DNA of 64,000 nt from Alphaproteobacteria bacterium (GCA_964291265.2 OZ219746.1:256001-320000), one strand, 5' to 3'. Counted from the stretch's first letter, positions 39,945 through 50,393 are shown. Numbers and translations: made by a program. The notes: generated by a model not told the origin, from the sequence alone.

Positions 39945-40697
39945 CTAGTAGCGGCCGACCAGTAGACCCCCATCCACTGTCACGACCTGGCCGGTCATAT
40001 ACCGGGCCGCATCGGATGCGAGGAACACAATGACGTCGGCAATGTCGTCCGCTTCGCCGACACGCCCCATGGGGATGAACTCGGCAGCCTTCTCAAGGCC
40101 TTCACGGCCGAGAGAATGTTCCTCCGACAGAGCCTGCGCGGTGCGGACGTAGCCGGGCGCCACACCGTTGACCCGGATTCCGTCGCCGGCAAGCTCGACC
40201 GCGAGCCCGCGCACAAGGCCGATGACCCCGGACTTGGCGGAAGAGTAGTGCACATGCTCGTCCCAGCCGTAGGCTACTCCCATGATCGAACTCAGACAGA
40301 CGATGCTGCCCCGGCCTCTCTCGCGCATCTTGGGTGCAGCGGCGCGAACGACGCGAATCATCCCCTTGAGGTCGATGTCGAAGGTCAGGTCCCATGCCTC
40401 GTCACTGAGTCGGGCGAGCGGCGTCCTGTGGGCGATTCCGGCATTGCAAACGATGGTGTCGAAGGCACCGTGACGGGCTTCGACAGCGGCCACGACGGCA
40501 TTCGCCTGCTCCGTCGAGGTCACGTCGAGCGCATGGAACTCCGCTTCACCTCCACCGGCGCCGATGGCGTCCGCCACCATGGTCCCTTCGCCCTCGAGAA
40601 TATCCGTGACAATGACCCGAAATCCGGCGTCCGCGAACGCATGGGCCGTTGCTCGGCCAATGCCGATGCCGGCACCGGTGATCATGACAGTCTTCAC
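39945..40697 (-). CDS. short-chain dehydrogenase/reductase
   Basis: TGAGIGIG, NAG, HYSSAK, NGVAPG, VDGG; GTG after GAGAGGA. Confidence 0.92.
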   Translation of the reverse strand: MKTVMITGAGIGIGRATAHAFADAGFRVIVTDILEGEGTMVADAIGAGGGEAEFHALDVTSTEQANAVVAAVEARHGAFDTIVCNAGIAHRTPLARLSDEAWDLTFDIDLKGMIRVVRAAAPKMRERGRGSIVCLSSIMGVAYGWDEHVHYSSAKSGVIGLVRGLAVELAGDGIRVNGVAPGYVRTAQALSEEHSLGREGLEKAAEFIPMGRVGEADDIADVIVFLASDAARYMTGQVVTVDGGLLVGRY

Positions 40698-40879
40698 GGC
40701 GTCCTCTCCCGAACATCCCTCGCAACACCGCCCGGAGAGCCCTTGCACTCGTTGGCGAATGCCTGATCATGGGGATGCCGAGGCTGCACCGTCGGATAAC
40801 AGGAACGTTGAGGCGCCCCCGATGTCATTCGGCGCCAATCGTAGGTGAAAGACGAATGACGTGTCAAGACGGGTGAGTG

Positions 40880-41300
40880 CGAACTTCAGACATCCTGACC
40901 GTCCAACGTCAGGCGAGACGATTGTGGGTGTTGCGCCGTCGATGTCGCAGACGGAGGCCTGTTCCCGGATGGACGGTCCCGGACCGGTTGAGTTGGTCGA
41001 TCAGCGCCAGCAGTGCTCTTGTCGTTGCGCTGCTGGCCAGGCCCGAGGATGTTGACCCTGAGGATGCCCCTCCCATGGTTCGGCTCGACGCCGGCGTCGG
41101 CGATGAGGGTGCGGACGATCTTGGGTCGGACCTTTCCCTGGATCACGGGGCCATCATGCGGGTTTCGGCGCGATGGCAGATCATGCGGACGAGGTCGACG
41201 AGGAGGCGCCTGCAAGGGGTCTCCGGGTCGTGGTCCAGGATCTGTCCTTGTGCCGCAACGCGAACGCACACGGTGTTGCTTTCCGGCGGGCGGCGTGCGT
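40880..41300 (-). pseudogene. C-terminal remnant of a putative transposase
   Basis: Fragments such as GILRVNILG and TRALLALIDQLN...HPGTGLRL resemble an unclassified transposase tail; frameshifted. Confidence 0.45.
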
Positions 41301-41505
41301 TTCATGGAGCGTGTCGGTGGCGATCGGCACCTGTCGTGGAGAAACTCTCGATTCCCGTTTCAGTGGCGCCAGGATGTCCTGGCGCGTACAACCCCCGGGC
41401 CATGACAGGGACATGGTGCCGAACGTCCTGCCGGGAAGCAGGGCATCCGCCTGGGCAGGGTTCACAGGCAGTTCAAGCCTGCGTATGGCGCGTAGAGGAC
41501 GCACG

Positions 41506-41901
41506 TCAGTGATTCGGTAGCACCTCGATATCACCGCACCGCAACAGCCGCCTGTCCGCCGTCACAAGCGACAGGCCGTGCACCTTGGCAGTGGCGACGA
41601 TGAAGCGATCTGCAGGATCCTGGTGTTCGAGGTCGACAGTGCGGCTGGTGAACGCCACATCAATGGTCAGCGGAGCCTCTGCGATGGGGGTGATTGACAT
41701 CGCCTTGCGAAGCCAACGGCGGGGATCGGGGGCGAGCACCACCCGGCCGCGCTCGGCAAGAAGCAGAGTTTCCCACACGCTGATGGGGGAGAGATGGAGC
41801 TCGACCTCGCCGGACCGCAAGGCTTTTCTTGCTGATTTGCCGAGTCGGTCCGGGTCGAGGAGGCTCCAGAGCCAGATGTGCGTATCGAGCAGCAGCCCCA
41901 T
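41506..41901 (-). CDS. PIN-domain (VapC-like) toxin
   Basis: LLLDTHIWLW, S.ISVWE, H.DPADR.IVATA, VTAD. Confidence 0.92.
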   Translation of the reverse strand: MGLLLDTHIWLWSLLDPDRLGKSARKALRSGEVELHLSPISVWETLLLAERGRVVLAPDPRRWLRKAMSITPIAEAPLTIDVAFTSRTVDLEHQDPADRFIVATAKVHGLSLVTADRRLLRCGDIEVLPNH

Positions 41902-42135
41902 CTACTTCAGAGCTTCCCATTCCGACAGGTCCACCACAGGTGCGACGAGGTCATCACGGATCTTGCCATCGTTCTGCATCGCGCCCAGCCATTCCCCGGT
42001 CGGACACGGCGGCGGCAGAATCTGGGCAACCGGCTTGCCGAAGCGGGTCACAAGAACAGGCTTGCGCGTCGTTCCCACCCGGTCGAGAACGGCCAGACAC
42101 GTCGCCTTGAACTTCGAAATCTGGATCTCTTCCAT
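41902..42135 (-). CDS. Phd/YefM-family antitoxin
   Basis: ISKFKATCL.VLD.V, VTRFGKPVA; abuts the PIN gene. Confidence 0.9.
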   Translation of the reverse strand: MEEIQISKFKATCLAVLDRVGTTRKPVLVTRFGKPVAQILPPPCPTGEWLGAMQNDGKIRDDLVAPVVDLSEWEALK

Positions 42136-42142
42136 GAGGCTG

Positions 42143-42171
42143 TATGTACCATGGTCCGAGTCCATGGTCAA
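42143..42171 (-). promoter_or_regulatory. TA promoter with tandem palindromic operators
   Basis: TTGACC-17 nt-TACATA, 7 nt before ATG; two CCATGG palindromes (42149-42154, 42162-42167) over the spacer and -35. Confidence 0.65.
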
Positions 42172-42504
42172 CATTGAGTTTTCTGACGCGAGCCGCTGAA
42201 AGTCGTCGAACAATCTGCTCGCGGCACCTCCCGCGAACGGGGGGATTCATGGCGCATGTCGAGACGCCACCGCAAGATGAGCCAATGGCTGGCGGCCGCC
42301 TTTCTCAATGCCCGCCGGAATGTTCCGCTTGCCGGGACATCGGCCGACAGAACTGACGCCATGGCAGCGGAGTTGACGAGGTCTCCCTTGTGCTCCGGTG
42401 TGGCCCACAGCATCCATGTTGGTGGAGCCGGTCGCCCTCAATGCCGATGACCTGCGCCTGTTCATGGCTGCGCCCCTGGCGCAGCGATCAGCGTCGTGGT
42501 CCAT

Positions 42505-44058
42505 TCAACGCCGTATCAGGGCGGCAGCGATGAAGGCAAGGCCGGGCAGCAGGATGACCAGCAGTGTCCAGTTGCCGTATCGGGACCAGGGGGTGGGATG
42601 TCCGAGGGGGGCGGGCAGGGCGACATCGAGCATGCCGCGGTGACCGAGTGGCATGCTCGCCACCACCCGACCCAGGGGGTCGATGACCCCGCTGATTCCC
42701 GTGTTGGCGACGCGGACGACGGGAAGCCCCTGTTCCACTGCGCGCAGGCGGGGCGCCTGGAAGTGCTGGTAGGGGCCGCTCGATACACCGAACCAGGCGT
42801 CGTTGGTGATGTTGACGAGCCACCGGGGTGGATGATCCGGATCCGTGATTCCTGTGGGGAAGATGATCTCGTAGCAGATCAGCACACCGAAGTCCGGCAG
42901 GCCTGCCACCTGCATGGTGGCAGGTCCGGGGCCGCGTCCCATGTCGCGCCTGCCGGGCGCAATGGTGTCGATGGGCAGGATCCCGCGCAATGGCACGTAT
43001 TCCCCGAATGGCACCAGGCGATACTTGTCATGGAGCGTCACCGGTCCCTTGCCGGAGAAGACAAGGAGGCTGTTGCGTGCCTCGAGCGCGCCGTCGGCCG
43101 CGGGAACGGCACGGATGGCGCCCGACATGATGACCCCTCCCGGTGGGGCGGCGGCGGCGAAGGCCGAGAGAACGGCAGGTTTGCTCAGGAGCGCGGGAGG
43201 AATGGCCGCCTCGGGCCAGATGATGGCAACGGGGGGTTCTCCGGCCGGCGCCAGAGAACTCAGCGCGATATGGCGGGCAAAATGGTCCTCGAGAAGCGCC
43301 CTCTCCCACTTCAGGTGCTGTTCGATATGTGGCTGAACAAGCCGAACGACAGGGCCAGACGAGATATCCCGATGCTGAAGACGCAGTTCTCCGCCGACCC
43401 AGGCAAGGGCGATGACGGCAATCGATACCATGAGGCCGCCAGCCGCCCTGCGCGGAGTGAAGCGGCCGGCGGGCGCCACGGCAGCGGGCGCCAGTCCTGC
43501 GACAAGGACGATGGCGCTGAGAAGCCAGGGTCCACCCAGGGCGCCTCCCTGGATGAGGCTGTCGGAGAGCGTCAGCGAGGTACCCACGAGATTCCATGGG
43601 AATCCGGTCAGAATCCAGCTGCGGACCCATTCCAGGACCAGCCAAGCCACGCCGAGAGAGACGATCCGTGCGCGCCTGCCCGGCACCATGCCGGCGATGC
43701 CCGAGGCCAGCGCCGGAAACAGGCCAAACCCGGCGGCGATGGCGAGAAGGGCCAGGGGATAGAGCCAGGCGTGCCTGAGCGGGTCCACCAGGAGGGCGTT
43801 GGCGATCCAGTAGAACGCCGCAGCCGAGAAGCCGCAGCCGAACCACCAGCCATCCAGGAAGGCGCTGGCACCGCGCCGGTGACCGGAGATCATCCAGGCC
43901 AGTCCGCTGAAGGCGATCACGGCGCCCGGCAACAGGTGGAAGGGAGGAAGCGCTGCCGCCAGCAAGGCACCCAGGCCGGCCAGCAACAGCCGGCGGCGCC
44001 AGCCGGTGAGGGCGGTCAGCCGCGCGATGCCGTCGCTGTCAGCCGCGCTGGCTGGCAC
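42505..44058 (-). CDS. lnt: apolipoprotein N-acyltransferase
   Basis: TGFPWN, WPE, K..LVPFGEY.P, ICYE, TNDAWFG, ANTGIS. Confidence 0.96.
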   Translation of the reverse strand: MPASAADSDGIARLTALTGWRRRLLLAGLGALLAAALPPFHLLPGAVIAFSGLAWMISGHRRGASAFLDGWWFGCGFSAAAFYWIANALLVDPLRHAWLYPLALLAIAAGFGLFPALASGIAGMVPGRRARIVSLGVAWLVLEWVRSWILTGFPWNLVGTSLTLSDSLIQGGALGGPWLLSAIVLVAGLAPAAVAPAGRFTPRRAAGGLMVSIAVIALAWVGGELRLQHRDISSGPVVRLVQPHIEQHLKWERALLEDHFARHIALSSLAPAGEPPVAIIWPEAAIPPALLSKPAVLSAFAAAAPPGGVIMSGAIRAVPAADGALEARNSLLVFSGKGPVTLHDKYRLVPFGEYVPLRGILPIDTIAPGRRDMGRGPGPATMQVAGLPDFGVLICYEIIFPTGITDPDHPPRWLVNITNDAWFGVSSGPYQHFQAPRLRAVEQGLPVVRVANTGISGVIDPLGRVVASMPLGHRGMLDVALPAPLGHPTPWSRYGNWTLLVILLPGLAFIAAALIRR

Positions 44059-44911
44059 GTCTCACGCGCAGACGCTTGATATGCCGCGGGTCGGCGTCGA
44101 CGATTTCGAACTCGAGTCCTGACACGTGGGCGATGATCTCGCCGCGCATCGGGATGCGGCCAACCATCGTGTGGACGAGCCCGCCGACGGTGTCGATGTC
44201 CTCGTCTCTCGATTCGTCCTGGAGTGTCGAGCCGGTCATGGCCTCGAGTTCGCTGACGGGCGCACGGGCATGGGCGTCAATCACGCCGCCGGGCTGCTCG
44301 ACAAGAAGAACCCCGTCGTCGGCATCGTGTTCATCCCAGATCTCGCCGACGATGGGCTCCACCAAGTCCTCGATGGTGGCGAGGCCATCGACGCCTCCGA
44401 ATTCATCGACCACAAGCGACAGATGCGTGCGGGCCGTGCGCATCTTGATGAGAAGGTCGATCACCGGCATCGACGGGGGAACGAAGAGGACATCCCGCAC
44501 CAGGCTGGCAAGGTCGGGCGCCGGCTCCTCCTCGGGCAGCCCCCAGTGATCGAGGAAGTCCCGGACGTGCACCATGCCGATCGGGTCATCGAGGGTCTCG
44601 CGATAGACCGGCAACCTGGAATGACCGGACTTGCGCATGATCTCGACGACCTCGGTGAGCGAGGTCCTTTCCTCGACGGCGACAATGTCGGCATGGGGCA
44701 CCTTGACATCGTCGACCGTGAGTTCGCCAAAGCGCAACAGGTTGGAAAGCATCGAGCGCTCGGCGTCGGAGAACTCCGTCTCGCTGCCATCGTCAGCCTT
44801 GAGAAGTTCCTCGACGGACTCCCTCACGGTGTCGCCGTTGCGGCCGCTGATCAGGCGGCGCAACCAGCTGGCAAGGCCTGAGACCGGGGTCTGTGGCAAT
44901 CGGCCGTTCAC
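44039..44911 (-). CDS. corC: CorC/HlyC CBS-domain protein
   Basis: HSRLPVY, VVDEFGG..GL.TIED, C-terminal transporter-associated domain. Confidence 0.9.
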   Translation of the reverse strand: MNGRLPQTPVSGLASWLRRLISGRNGDTVRESVEELLKADDGSETEFSDAERSMLSNLLRFGELTVDDVKVPHADIVAVEERTSLTEVVEIMRKSGHSRLPVYRETLDDPIGMVHVRDFLDHWGLPEEEPAPDLASLVRDVLFVPPSMPVIDLLIKMRTARTHLSLVVDEFGGVDGLATIEDLVEPIVGEIWDEHDADDGVLLVEQPGGVIDAHARAPVSELEAMTGSTLQDESRDEDIDTVGGLVHTMVGRIPMRGEIIAHVSGLEFEIVDADPRHIKRLRVRRASQRG

Positions 44912-45453
44912 GCTGTGTCCACGAGGTAAGGGTCGGGAATGCCAAGGGTCTCGAGCACGATGCGCTCCATGTTCTCCATCACACGGGCGTCCACTTCCGT
45001 CTCGTGGTCGTAACCCAGCAGATGAAGAGTCCCGTGCACGACGATGTGGGACAGGTGATCGGTGAGCGCCAGGGTCCGGCGGCGCGCATCGTCAACGATG
45101 GTCTCCCGGGCGATGACGATATCGCCCAGGGCAATGGCGCCGCCGGGAGGAGAACCGGCGGGGCGCTGCAGTCGTGTCCCCGGGGCGCGGTCTTGGCTGG
45201 GGAACGACAGAACGTCGGTCGGTCGGTCGATGTGCCGCCAGCGCCTGTTGAGCTCGGCCAGCATGCGGTCGCTTGCCATGACAACCGACATCGTGACCGC
45301 TTCTCTGGAACATGCCACCTGGAGAGCGCTTGTACAGGCCCGCTTCACGATGTCGTCTGCGCCCGGCAGGTCGTCTTGCCAGGCGTCGTCCTCGACCGTG
45401 ACGTCGATATCAACCACCCCGCATCGACTGCAGGCGCCATCGCCTCCCGTCAT
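44908..45453 (-). CDS. ybeY: rRNA maturation RNase YbeY
   Basis: PTDVLSFP, LGDIVI, HGTLHLLGYDH. Confidence 0.95.
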   Translation of the reverse strand: MTGGDGACSRCGVVDIDVTVEDDAWQDDLPGADDIVKRACTSALQVACSREAVTMSVVMASDRMLAELNRRWRHIDRPTDVLSFPSQDRAPGTRLQRPAGSPPGGAIALGDIVIARETIVDDARRRTLALTDHLSHIVVHGTLHLLGYDHETEVDARVMENMERIVLETLGIPDPYLVDTA

Positions 45454-46418
45454 GGTGGCTCCCGGCGGTCGTCCGCATCCCAAGCGCGGACGATCTTCGC
45501 CACCAGCGGGTGCCGGACGACGTCGACATCGGTAAACGTGACAACCTCGATGTCCTCGACGGATTCGAGAATGCGCACGGCATCGGCCAATCCGGACACC
45601 TGGCCTTCCGGCAGGTCGACCTGTGTCAGATCGCCGGTCACCACCATGCGTGCACTCTCGCCAAGGCGTGTCAGGAACATCTTCATCTGCATCCGCGAGG
45701 TGTTCTGGGCCTCGTCGAGAATGACAAAGGCGTTGGACAGTGTCCGTCCGCGCATGAAGGCAAGGGGCGCCACCTCGATGTCGTCGGACGCCAGCCGGCG
45801 ATTGGCCTTGTCGGCCGGCATGGTGTCGTAGAGTGCGTCATAGAGCGGACGAAGGTAGGGGTCGACCTTTTCCCGCAGGTCGCCCGGCAGGAACCCGAGC
45901 CGCTCTCCGGCTTCCACCGCCGGACGCGACAGCACGATGCGGTCCACGTCACCCGACTCCAGCATGGCGACAGCGACAGCGACGGCAAGATAGGTCTTGC
46001 CCGTTCCCGCCGGGCCAAGCGCGAACACCATGGACGACGTCGTCAGGGTCTTGAGGTAGCGCGCCTGGTTGAGTGTGCGCGGCGTGATGCGCCGCCGCGA
46101 GGTTTTCACCTCGGTGTTCGAGATCGATGGATCGCCTGCCATGCGGAGCATGGCCTCGACTTCGGCGGGTCCGACGGCAAGGCCGTCCTTGAGGCGGCCG
46201 TAGAGGCCGTTGAGAACCAGGACGGCCATTCCGGCCGGTTCCGAAGGCCCGGCAATGCTGACCTGATTGCCACGACAGGTCAGCGAGACGCCGAGTTCCT
46301 GTTCTATGCGCACGAGGTGGCGGTCATGCCAGCCATAGAGGGAAGCCAGCAGGCTGTTGTCTTCGAAGGCGAGGACGCGTGGCGCCGGGGTCTCGTCACG
46401 GACCGGGGGGGTGGTCAT
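45450..46418 (-). CDS. phoH: PhoH-family ATPase
   Basis: GPAGTGKT, RPAVEAGE.LGFLPG, MRGRT, DEAQN, GD..Q.D, VRH. Confidence 0.95.
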   Translation of the reverse strand: MTTPPVRDETPAPRVLAFEDNSLLASLYGWHDRHLVRIEQELGVSLTCRGNQVSIAGPSEPAGMAVLVLNGLYGRLKDGLAVGPAEVEAMLRMAGDPSISNTEVKTSRRRITPRTLNQARYLKTLTTSSMVFALGPAGTGKTYLAVAVAVAMLESGDVDRIVLSRPAVEAGERLGFLPGDLREKVDPYLRPLYDALYDTMPADKANRRLASDDIEVAPLAFMRGRTLSNAFVILDEAQNTSRMQMKMFLTRLGESARMVVTGDLTQVDLPEGQVSGLADAVRILESVEDIEVVTFTDVDVVRHPLVAKIVRAWDADDRREPP

Positions 46419-47752
46419 CAGGCAGCCAGCATCCCGGCCATGCTGTTGGCCCGGGCCTCGGTGAGGGTGACATCACGCAGTGATCCGAGGTGATGTTCAC
46501 CAGCGTCGACGTGGACCGCCTGGAGCCAGGGGCTGCGGCCGACGAGTTGGTGGGAATATCGGCCCCTTCGCTCAAGGAGCACCGGAACCGTGTGGCCGAC
46601 GGTGGCGCGATTGAACGCGTCCTGCTGGTCCTTCAGCAGGTGCTGCAGGATGCCGAGCCTCTCCGCCTTCACCTCGTCCGGCACCTGTCCGTCTGCCGTC
46701 GCCGCCGGAGTTCCCGGGCGCGGGCTGTACTTGAAGGAAAAGGCCGAGGCATAGGAAACCTCGCGCACCAGGGAGAGCGTGGCGGCGAAGTCGGCATCGC
46801 TCTCACCGGGGAAGCCAACAATGAAATCGCCTGATATGGCAATGTCGGGTCGTGCCTCGCGAACAGCCGCGATCACCCCCAGGTAGTCGGCCGTGGTGTG
46901 ACGCCGGTTCATCGCCCTGAGAATCCGGTCGCTGCCCGACTGCACTGGAAGGTGCAGGTAGGGCATCAGGCTGTCGATCTCGCCGTGGGCGCGAATGAGG
47001 TCGTCCGACATGTCCAACGGGTGGGATGTCGTGTACCGGATGCGTCGGAGGCGATCGAGCGATGCCAGTTCGCCAATGAGACGCGCCAGGGTCCATGGTT
47101 TGCCGTCGGCGCCCTCGCCGTGCCACGCATTGACGTTCTGCCCGAGGAGGACGACCTCCACCATGCCCGATGCCAGCAGCGCCTTCGCTTCGTCGAGAAC
47201 ATCGCGGGCAGGTCGTGAAAACTCCGCACCGCGGGTGTAGGGAACGACGCAGAAGGTGCAGAACTTGTCGCAGCCCTCCTGGATCGTAAGGAAGGCGACA
47301 CGACCTGCGCCGTGACGCCGTGAGGGCAGGCCGGTGAAGCGGTCCCGTGCCGGAAAGTCGGTGTCGATCACCGTGCCGCCTTCGTTGGCGTGGCGGGTGA
47401 TCAGGTCGGGCAGACGATGATAGGTCTGGGGTCCGACGATGATATCGACGACGGGCGCCCGGCGCGCCATTTCCTCGCCCTCGGCCTGGGCGACACATCC
47501 TGCCACGGCGATCATGAGATCATCGCCGGCCTTGCGTTTGCGCTCCTTGAGTGTGCGCAACCGTCCCAACTCCGAGTAGAGCTTCTCGGCGGCCTTCTCC
47601 CGGATGTGACAGGTGTTGAGGACGATCATGTCGGCGTCCTCGACCGTTTCCGTCTGCCGGAAATCCAGGCGCGCCAAGACATCCGCCATGCGACCGGAGT
47701 CGTAGACGTTCATCTGGCAGCCGTAGGTCTTGACGAAGAGTTTCTTGGACAA
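46418..47752 (-). CDS. miaB: tRNA 2-methylthio-N6-isopentenyladenosine synthase
   Basis: [21 protein letters not shown] radical SAM motif, TRAM domain. Confidence 0.96.
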   Translation of the reverse strand: MSKKLFVKTYGCQMNVYDSGRMADVLARLDFRQTETVEDADMIVLNTCHIREKAAEKLYSELGRLRTLKERKRKAGDDLMIAVAGCVAQAEGEEMARRAPVVDIIVGPQTYHRLPDLITRHANEGGTVIDTDFPARDRFTGLPSRRHGAGRVAFLTIQEGCDKFCTFCVVPYTRGAEFSRPARDVLDEAKALLASGMVEVVLLGQNVNAWHGEGADGKPWTLARLIGELASLDRLRRIRYTTSHPLDMSDDLIRAHGEIDSLMPYLHLPVQSGSDRILRAMNRRHTTADYLGVIAAVREARPDIAISGDFIVGFPGESDADFAATLSLVREVSYASAFSFKYSPRPGTPAATADGQVPDEVKAERLGILQHLLKDQQDAFNRATVGHTVPVLLERRGRYSHQLVGRSPWLQAVHVDAGEHHLGSLRDVTLTEARANSMAGMLAA

Positions 47753-47843
47753 GCGCGTCCGGATGTTCCGCTGGCTGTCGTCGGGCGGGGGCCCGTGGCG
47801 GTTGTGCAACCTCGTTCAATCTTCGCCGCATCCCCGATCGCTG

Positions 47844-48698
47844 TCAATGACTTCGTGCGCGGTTCTCGGGACTGCGCCTGGAACGCCTGGTGAGCTTGCC
47901 GAGGCGCCGTCTTCGGCGCGGTGGCAGCCGGCCCGCGAGCGCCAGCGAGTGGCCTTCCCGAACGGCCATTTCGCAGTGACGCGCCAGGGAGCGCCGGTTG
48001 CCGCCGCATCCGGTTATGGACGTGACCGGATGGAACTGGACGACAACCGTCACGACTCCTGCCTTCAGCATCTCCCACATGTGGGGCAGCAGTTCCATGT
48101 CCCCGTACCAGGCATAGAGCGGACGCATGTCACGGTCCATCGGCAGGTTCGAGAAGCCGGTGTAGGAAACAGACACGGGCTGCACGGTCACTTCCCTCCC
48201 CTTCACCTGAGTCTGGGCCGAGGCGAAGAGCGCACTCTTGAACGGAAGAATCCGGTTTCCGTCGCTGGTGGTGCCTTCTGGAAACAGGATCAGCTGCTCC
48301 CCCGCTTCGAGGCGCTCGCTCACCGCGTCCATGTGCTGGCCGATCCGGGTCCGGCGACGGTCGACAAAGACGGTACGTTGCAGTCTGGCGAGCAGACCGA
48401 AGAACGGCCACGTCCCGACTTCCGCCTTGGCGACGAAGCTTCCCCGGATCAGGGCGCCGAGAATGGCAATGTCGAGATATGAGGTGTGGTTGCACACGTA
48501 GAGACAGGGCCTGTGACGGCAGGGCCCCCCCCTGACGTCGAGGTTGATGCCGATCAGCCGCAGGACGATGCTGTGATAGAATTGGGGAAAGGCATGCCGA
48601 GCCCGCCGTCCCGCCGCCAGCAACACGAACTGCACCGGCATGCAGACCAGAGTCCAGCCGACATAGAGTGCCGCGCGGGCGAGACCGACAGAGATCAT
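47844..48698 (-). CDS. lysophospholipid/lyso-ornithine lipid acyltransferase (OlsA/PlsC family)
   Basis: NHTSYLD, FVAK.E, FPEGTT; ATGA-coupled to the olsB-like gene. Confidence 0.88.
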   Translation of the reverse strand: MISVGLARAALYVGWTLVCMPVQFVLLAAGRRARHAFPQFYHSIVLRLIGINLDVRGGPCRHRPCLYVCNHTSYLDIAILGALIRGSFVAKAEVGTWPFFGLLARLQRTVFVDRRRTRIGQHMDAVSERLEAGEQLILFPEGTTSDGNRILPFKSALFASAQTQVKGREVTVQPVSVSYTGFSNLPMDRDMRPLYAWYGDMELLPHMWEMLKAGVVTVVVQFHPVTSITGCGGNRRSLARHCEMAVREGHSLALAGRLPPRRRRRLGKLTRRSRRSPENRARSH

Positions 48699-49525
48699 GC
48701 GCCTCCAGGCCCCGCCTCGGCCTCTCCGCTGCTGCGGTAGCGCCGGCCGTAACGGCCTTCCACCACCGATACGTCCAGCAGGACGCATACGTCCGTGGTA
48801 TTGAACTGTCGATCGATGACCGCACCGTCGCCAAACCGGCAGCCGGCCCGTGCATAGCCCTTGATGAGCGGTGGCAGGCTGGCCAGTCCCTCGGCAGCGT
48901 CGAATGACCCGGGGGCCATCCGTTTCATGTCGACGTAGAGATGATCGAGTGCGCGGGGGCGAAGGACGGCAGGCGCCGCTAGATGGTAGGCCATGTGGGA
49001 GAGCGGCATAGCGAGACTATCAGGGTCGGTGCCATGGAGACTGGCGCAGCCGAACATGTACGAGATGCCGTGCTGCACCACATAGACGCCGAGGCCCCGG
49101 AACAATGCCTGGATGGCGGCCCCCGCTCGATAGTTCATGTCGACACAACTGCGTCCGAGTTCCACGAGTTCACCATCGAAGGCAAGAAGGCGGGAGATGT
49201 CGAACTCGCCTGCGGTGTAGAACGTGCAATCGCGCCCCAGAACCGAGCGACGCAGCAGTCTCATGGTGGCGACAACGGCTGCGTCACGACCTTGTGTCGT
49301 GTCGCGCACGATGAGGTGTTCGCAGATGTCGTCGAAGGCGTCGAAGTCCCGTTCCAGTTCCGTCATTCGGGAAGTGGGGCGGGCCTTCATTTCCTTGTAG
49401 AACACGCGAAAGCGCAACTGCTGCACGGCGTGGAGTTCCGCCTCGCTGTCGACGAGGCGCAGTTCCAGGGGGCCGAGCCTGAGCCCTTTCGACAGTGCGC
49501 CCTGATCGCGGGGCCCGGTCACCAT
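48695..49525 (-). CDS. olsB: ornithine acyl-ACP N-acyltransferase (GNAT)
   Basis: LRF.VF..EM, D.FD..C.HL, ELGRSCV, FGCAS, LPPLIKGY, D.QFNTTD. Confidence 0.85.
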   Translation of the reverse strand: MVTGPRDQGALSKGLRLGPLELRLVDSEAELHAVQQLRFRVFYKEMKARPTSRMTELERDFDAFDDICEHLIVRDTTQGRDAAVVATMRLLRRSVLGRDCTFYTAGEFDISRLLAFDGELVELGRSCVDMNYRAGAAIQALFRGLGVYVVQHGISYMFGCASLHGTDPDSLAMPLSHMAYHLAAPAVLRPRALDHLYVDMKRMAPGSFDAAEGLASLPPLIKGYARAGCRFGDGAVIDRQFNTTDVCVLLDVSVVEGRYGRRYRSSGEAEAGPGGA

Positions 49526-49547
49526 GGTGGAATCGGTGCTGCCGCAG

Positions 49548-49973
49548 TCAGGTCTCGGGATCGGGCTTCAGCGCCCGCCCGTAAAGCTCCATGCGATGAT
49601 CGATCAGATCGTAGCCCAGACGTCTTGCAACCTGGACCTGGAGTTCCTCGAGTTCGGGGTCCAGGAACTCGATGACCGTGCCGGTGTCGATGTCGATCAG
49701 GTGATCGTGATGCTCATCCTGGTCGGCGGACTCGTAGCGGGCCCGCCGGCCCCCGAAGTCATGGCTCTGGATGATCTCCGATTCCTCGAAGAGGCGCAGT
49801 GTGCGATAGACAGTGGAGATGCTGATGCGATCGTCAATTTCCGATGCGCGGCGATAGACTTCCTCGACATCGGGATGGTCGTCGGCATCCGATAGCACCT
49901 TGGCGATGACACGGCGCTGGTCCGTCATCTTGAGACCCTTGTCGATGCATGCGTGTTCGATCTGTGATGTCAT
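49548..49973 (-). CDS. fur: Fur-family transcriptional regulator
   Basis: GLKMT.QRRVI, DHPDVEE, ISISTVYRT, HHDHLID. Confidence 0.9.
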   Translation of the reverse strand: MTSQIEHACIDKGLKMTDQRRVIAKVLSDADDHPDVEEVYRRASEIDDRISISTVYRTLRLFEESEIIQSHDFGGRRARYESADQDEHHDHLIDIDTGTVIEFLDPELEELQVQVARRLGYDLIDHRMELYGRALKPDPET

Positions 49974-50150
49974 GGCGCGGCACGGACCGGAACGGCCTGT
50001 CATCGGTCCGCATGTGTCCTTCATCCTGTGTGGCTGTCGGGAAGTCTAGACCAAGGGACGTTGCAGCGCCATGCCTTGACATGTTGACCGTCAGCGTGAT
50101 TGACAGGACCTCTTGCAGATGTGCGATGGAAACGCAAGGAAAGCACCCCT

Positions 50151-50393
50151 GTGGAAACGCCCATCGACATGCGCCTCGACATCACCGGCGATGTCTGTCC
50201 GATGACGTTCGTCAGGACAAAGCTCATGATCGAGGGCATGCAACCAGGAATGGTTGCCGAGGTTCGTCTGAATGAAGGCGAGCCGTTGCGCAACGTGCCG
50301 CGCTCGGTCACGGAACACGGCCATTCCGTCCTGTCTCTGGAGCCGGAGGTTGGCGAGGCAGGCGTGTGGCGGCTGCTTCTGAGGAAGGAGTGA
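50151..50393 (+). CDS. TusA/SirA-family sulfur carrier
   Basis: LDITGDVCPM.FV.TK, NVP. Confidence 0.88.
   Translation: METPIDMRLDITGDVCPMTFVRTKLMIEGMQPGMVAEVRLNEGEPLRNVPRSVTEHGHSVLSLEPEVGEAGVWRLLLRKE

Noticed and set aside
27893-40920. 13-bp direct repeat GTCAGGCGAGACG at 27893 and 40908 as rearrangement breakpoints
   Set aside because: Matches of this length are expected by chance in 64 kb of GC-rich DNA
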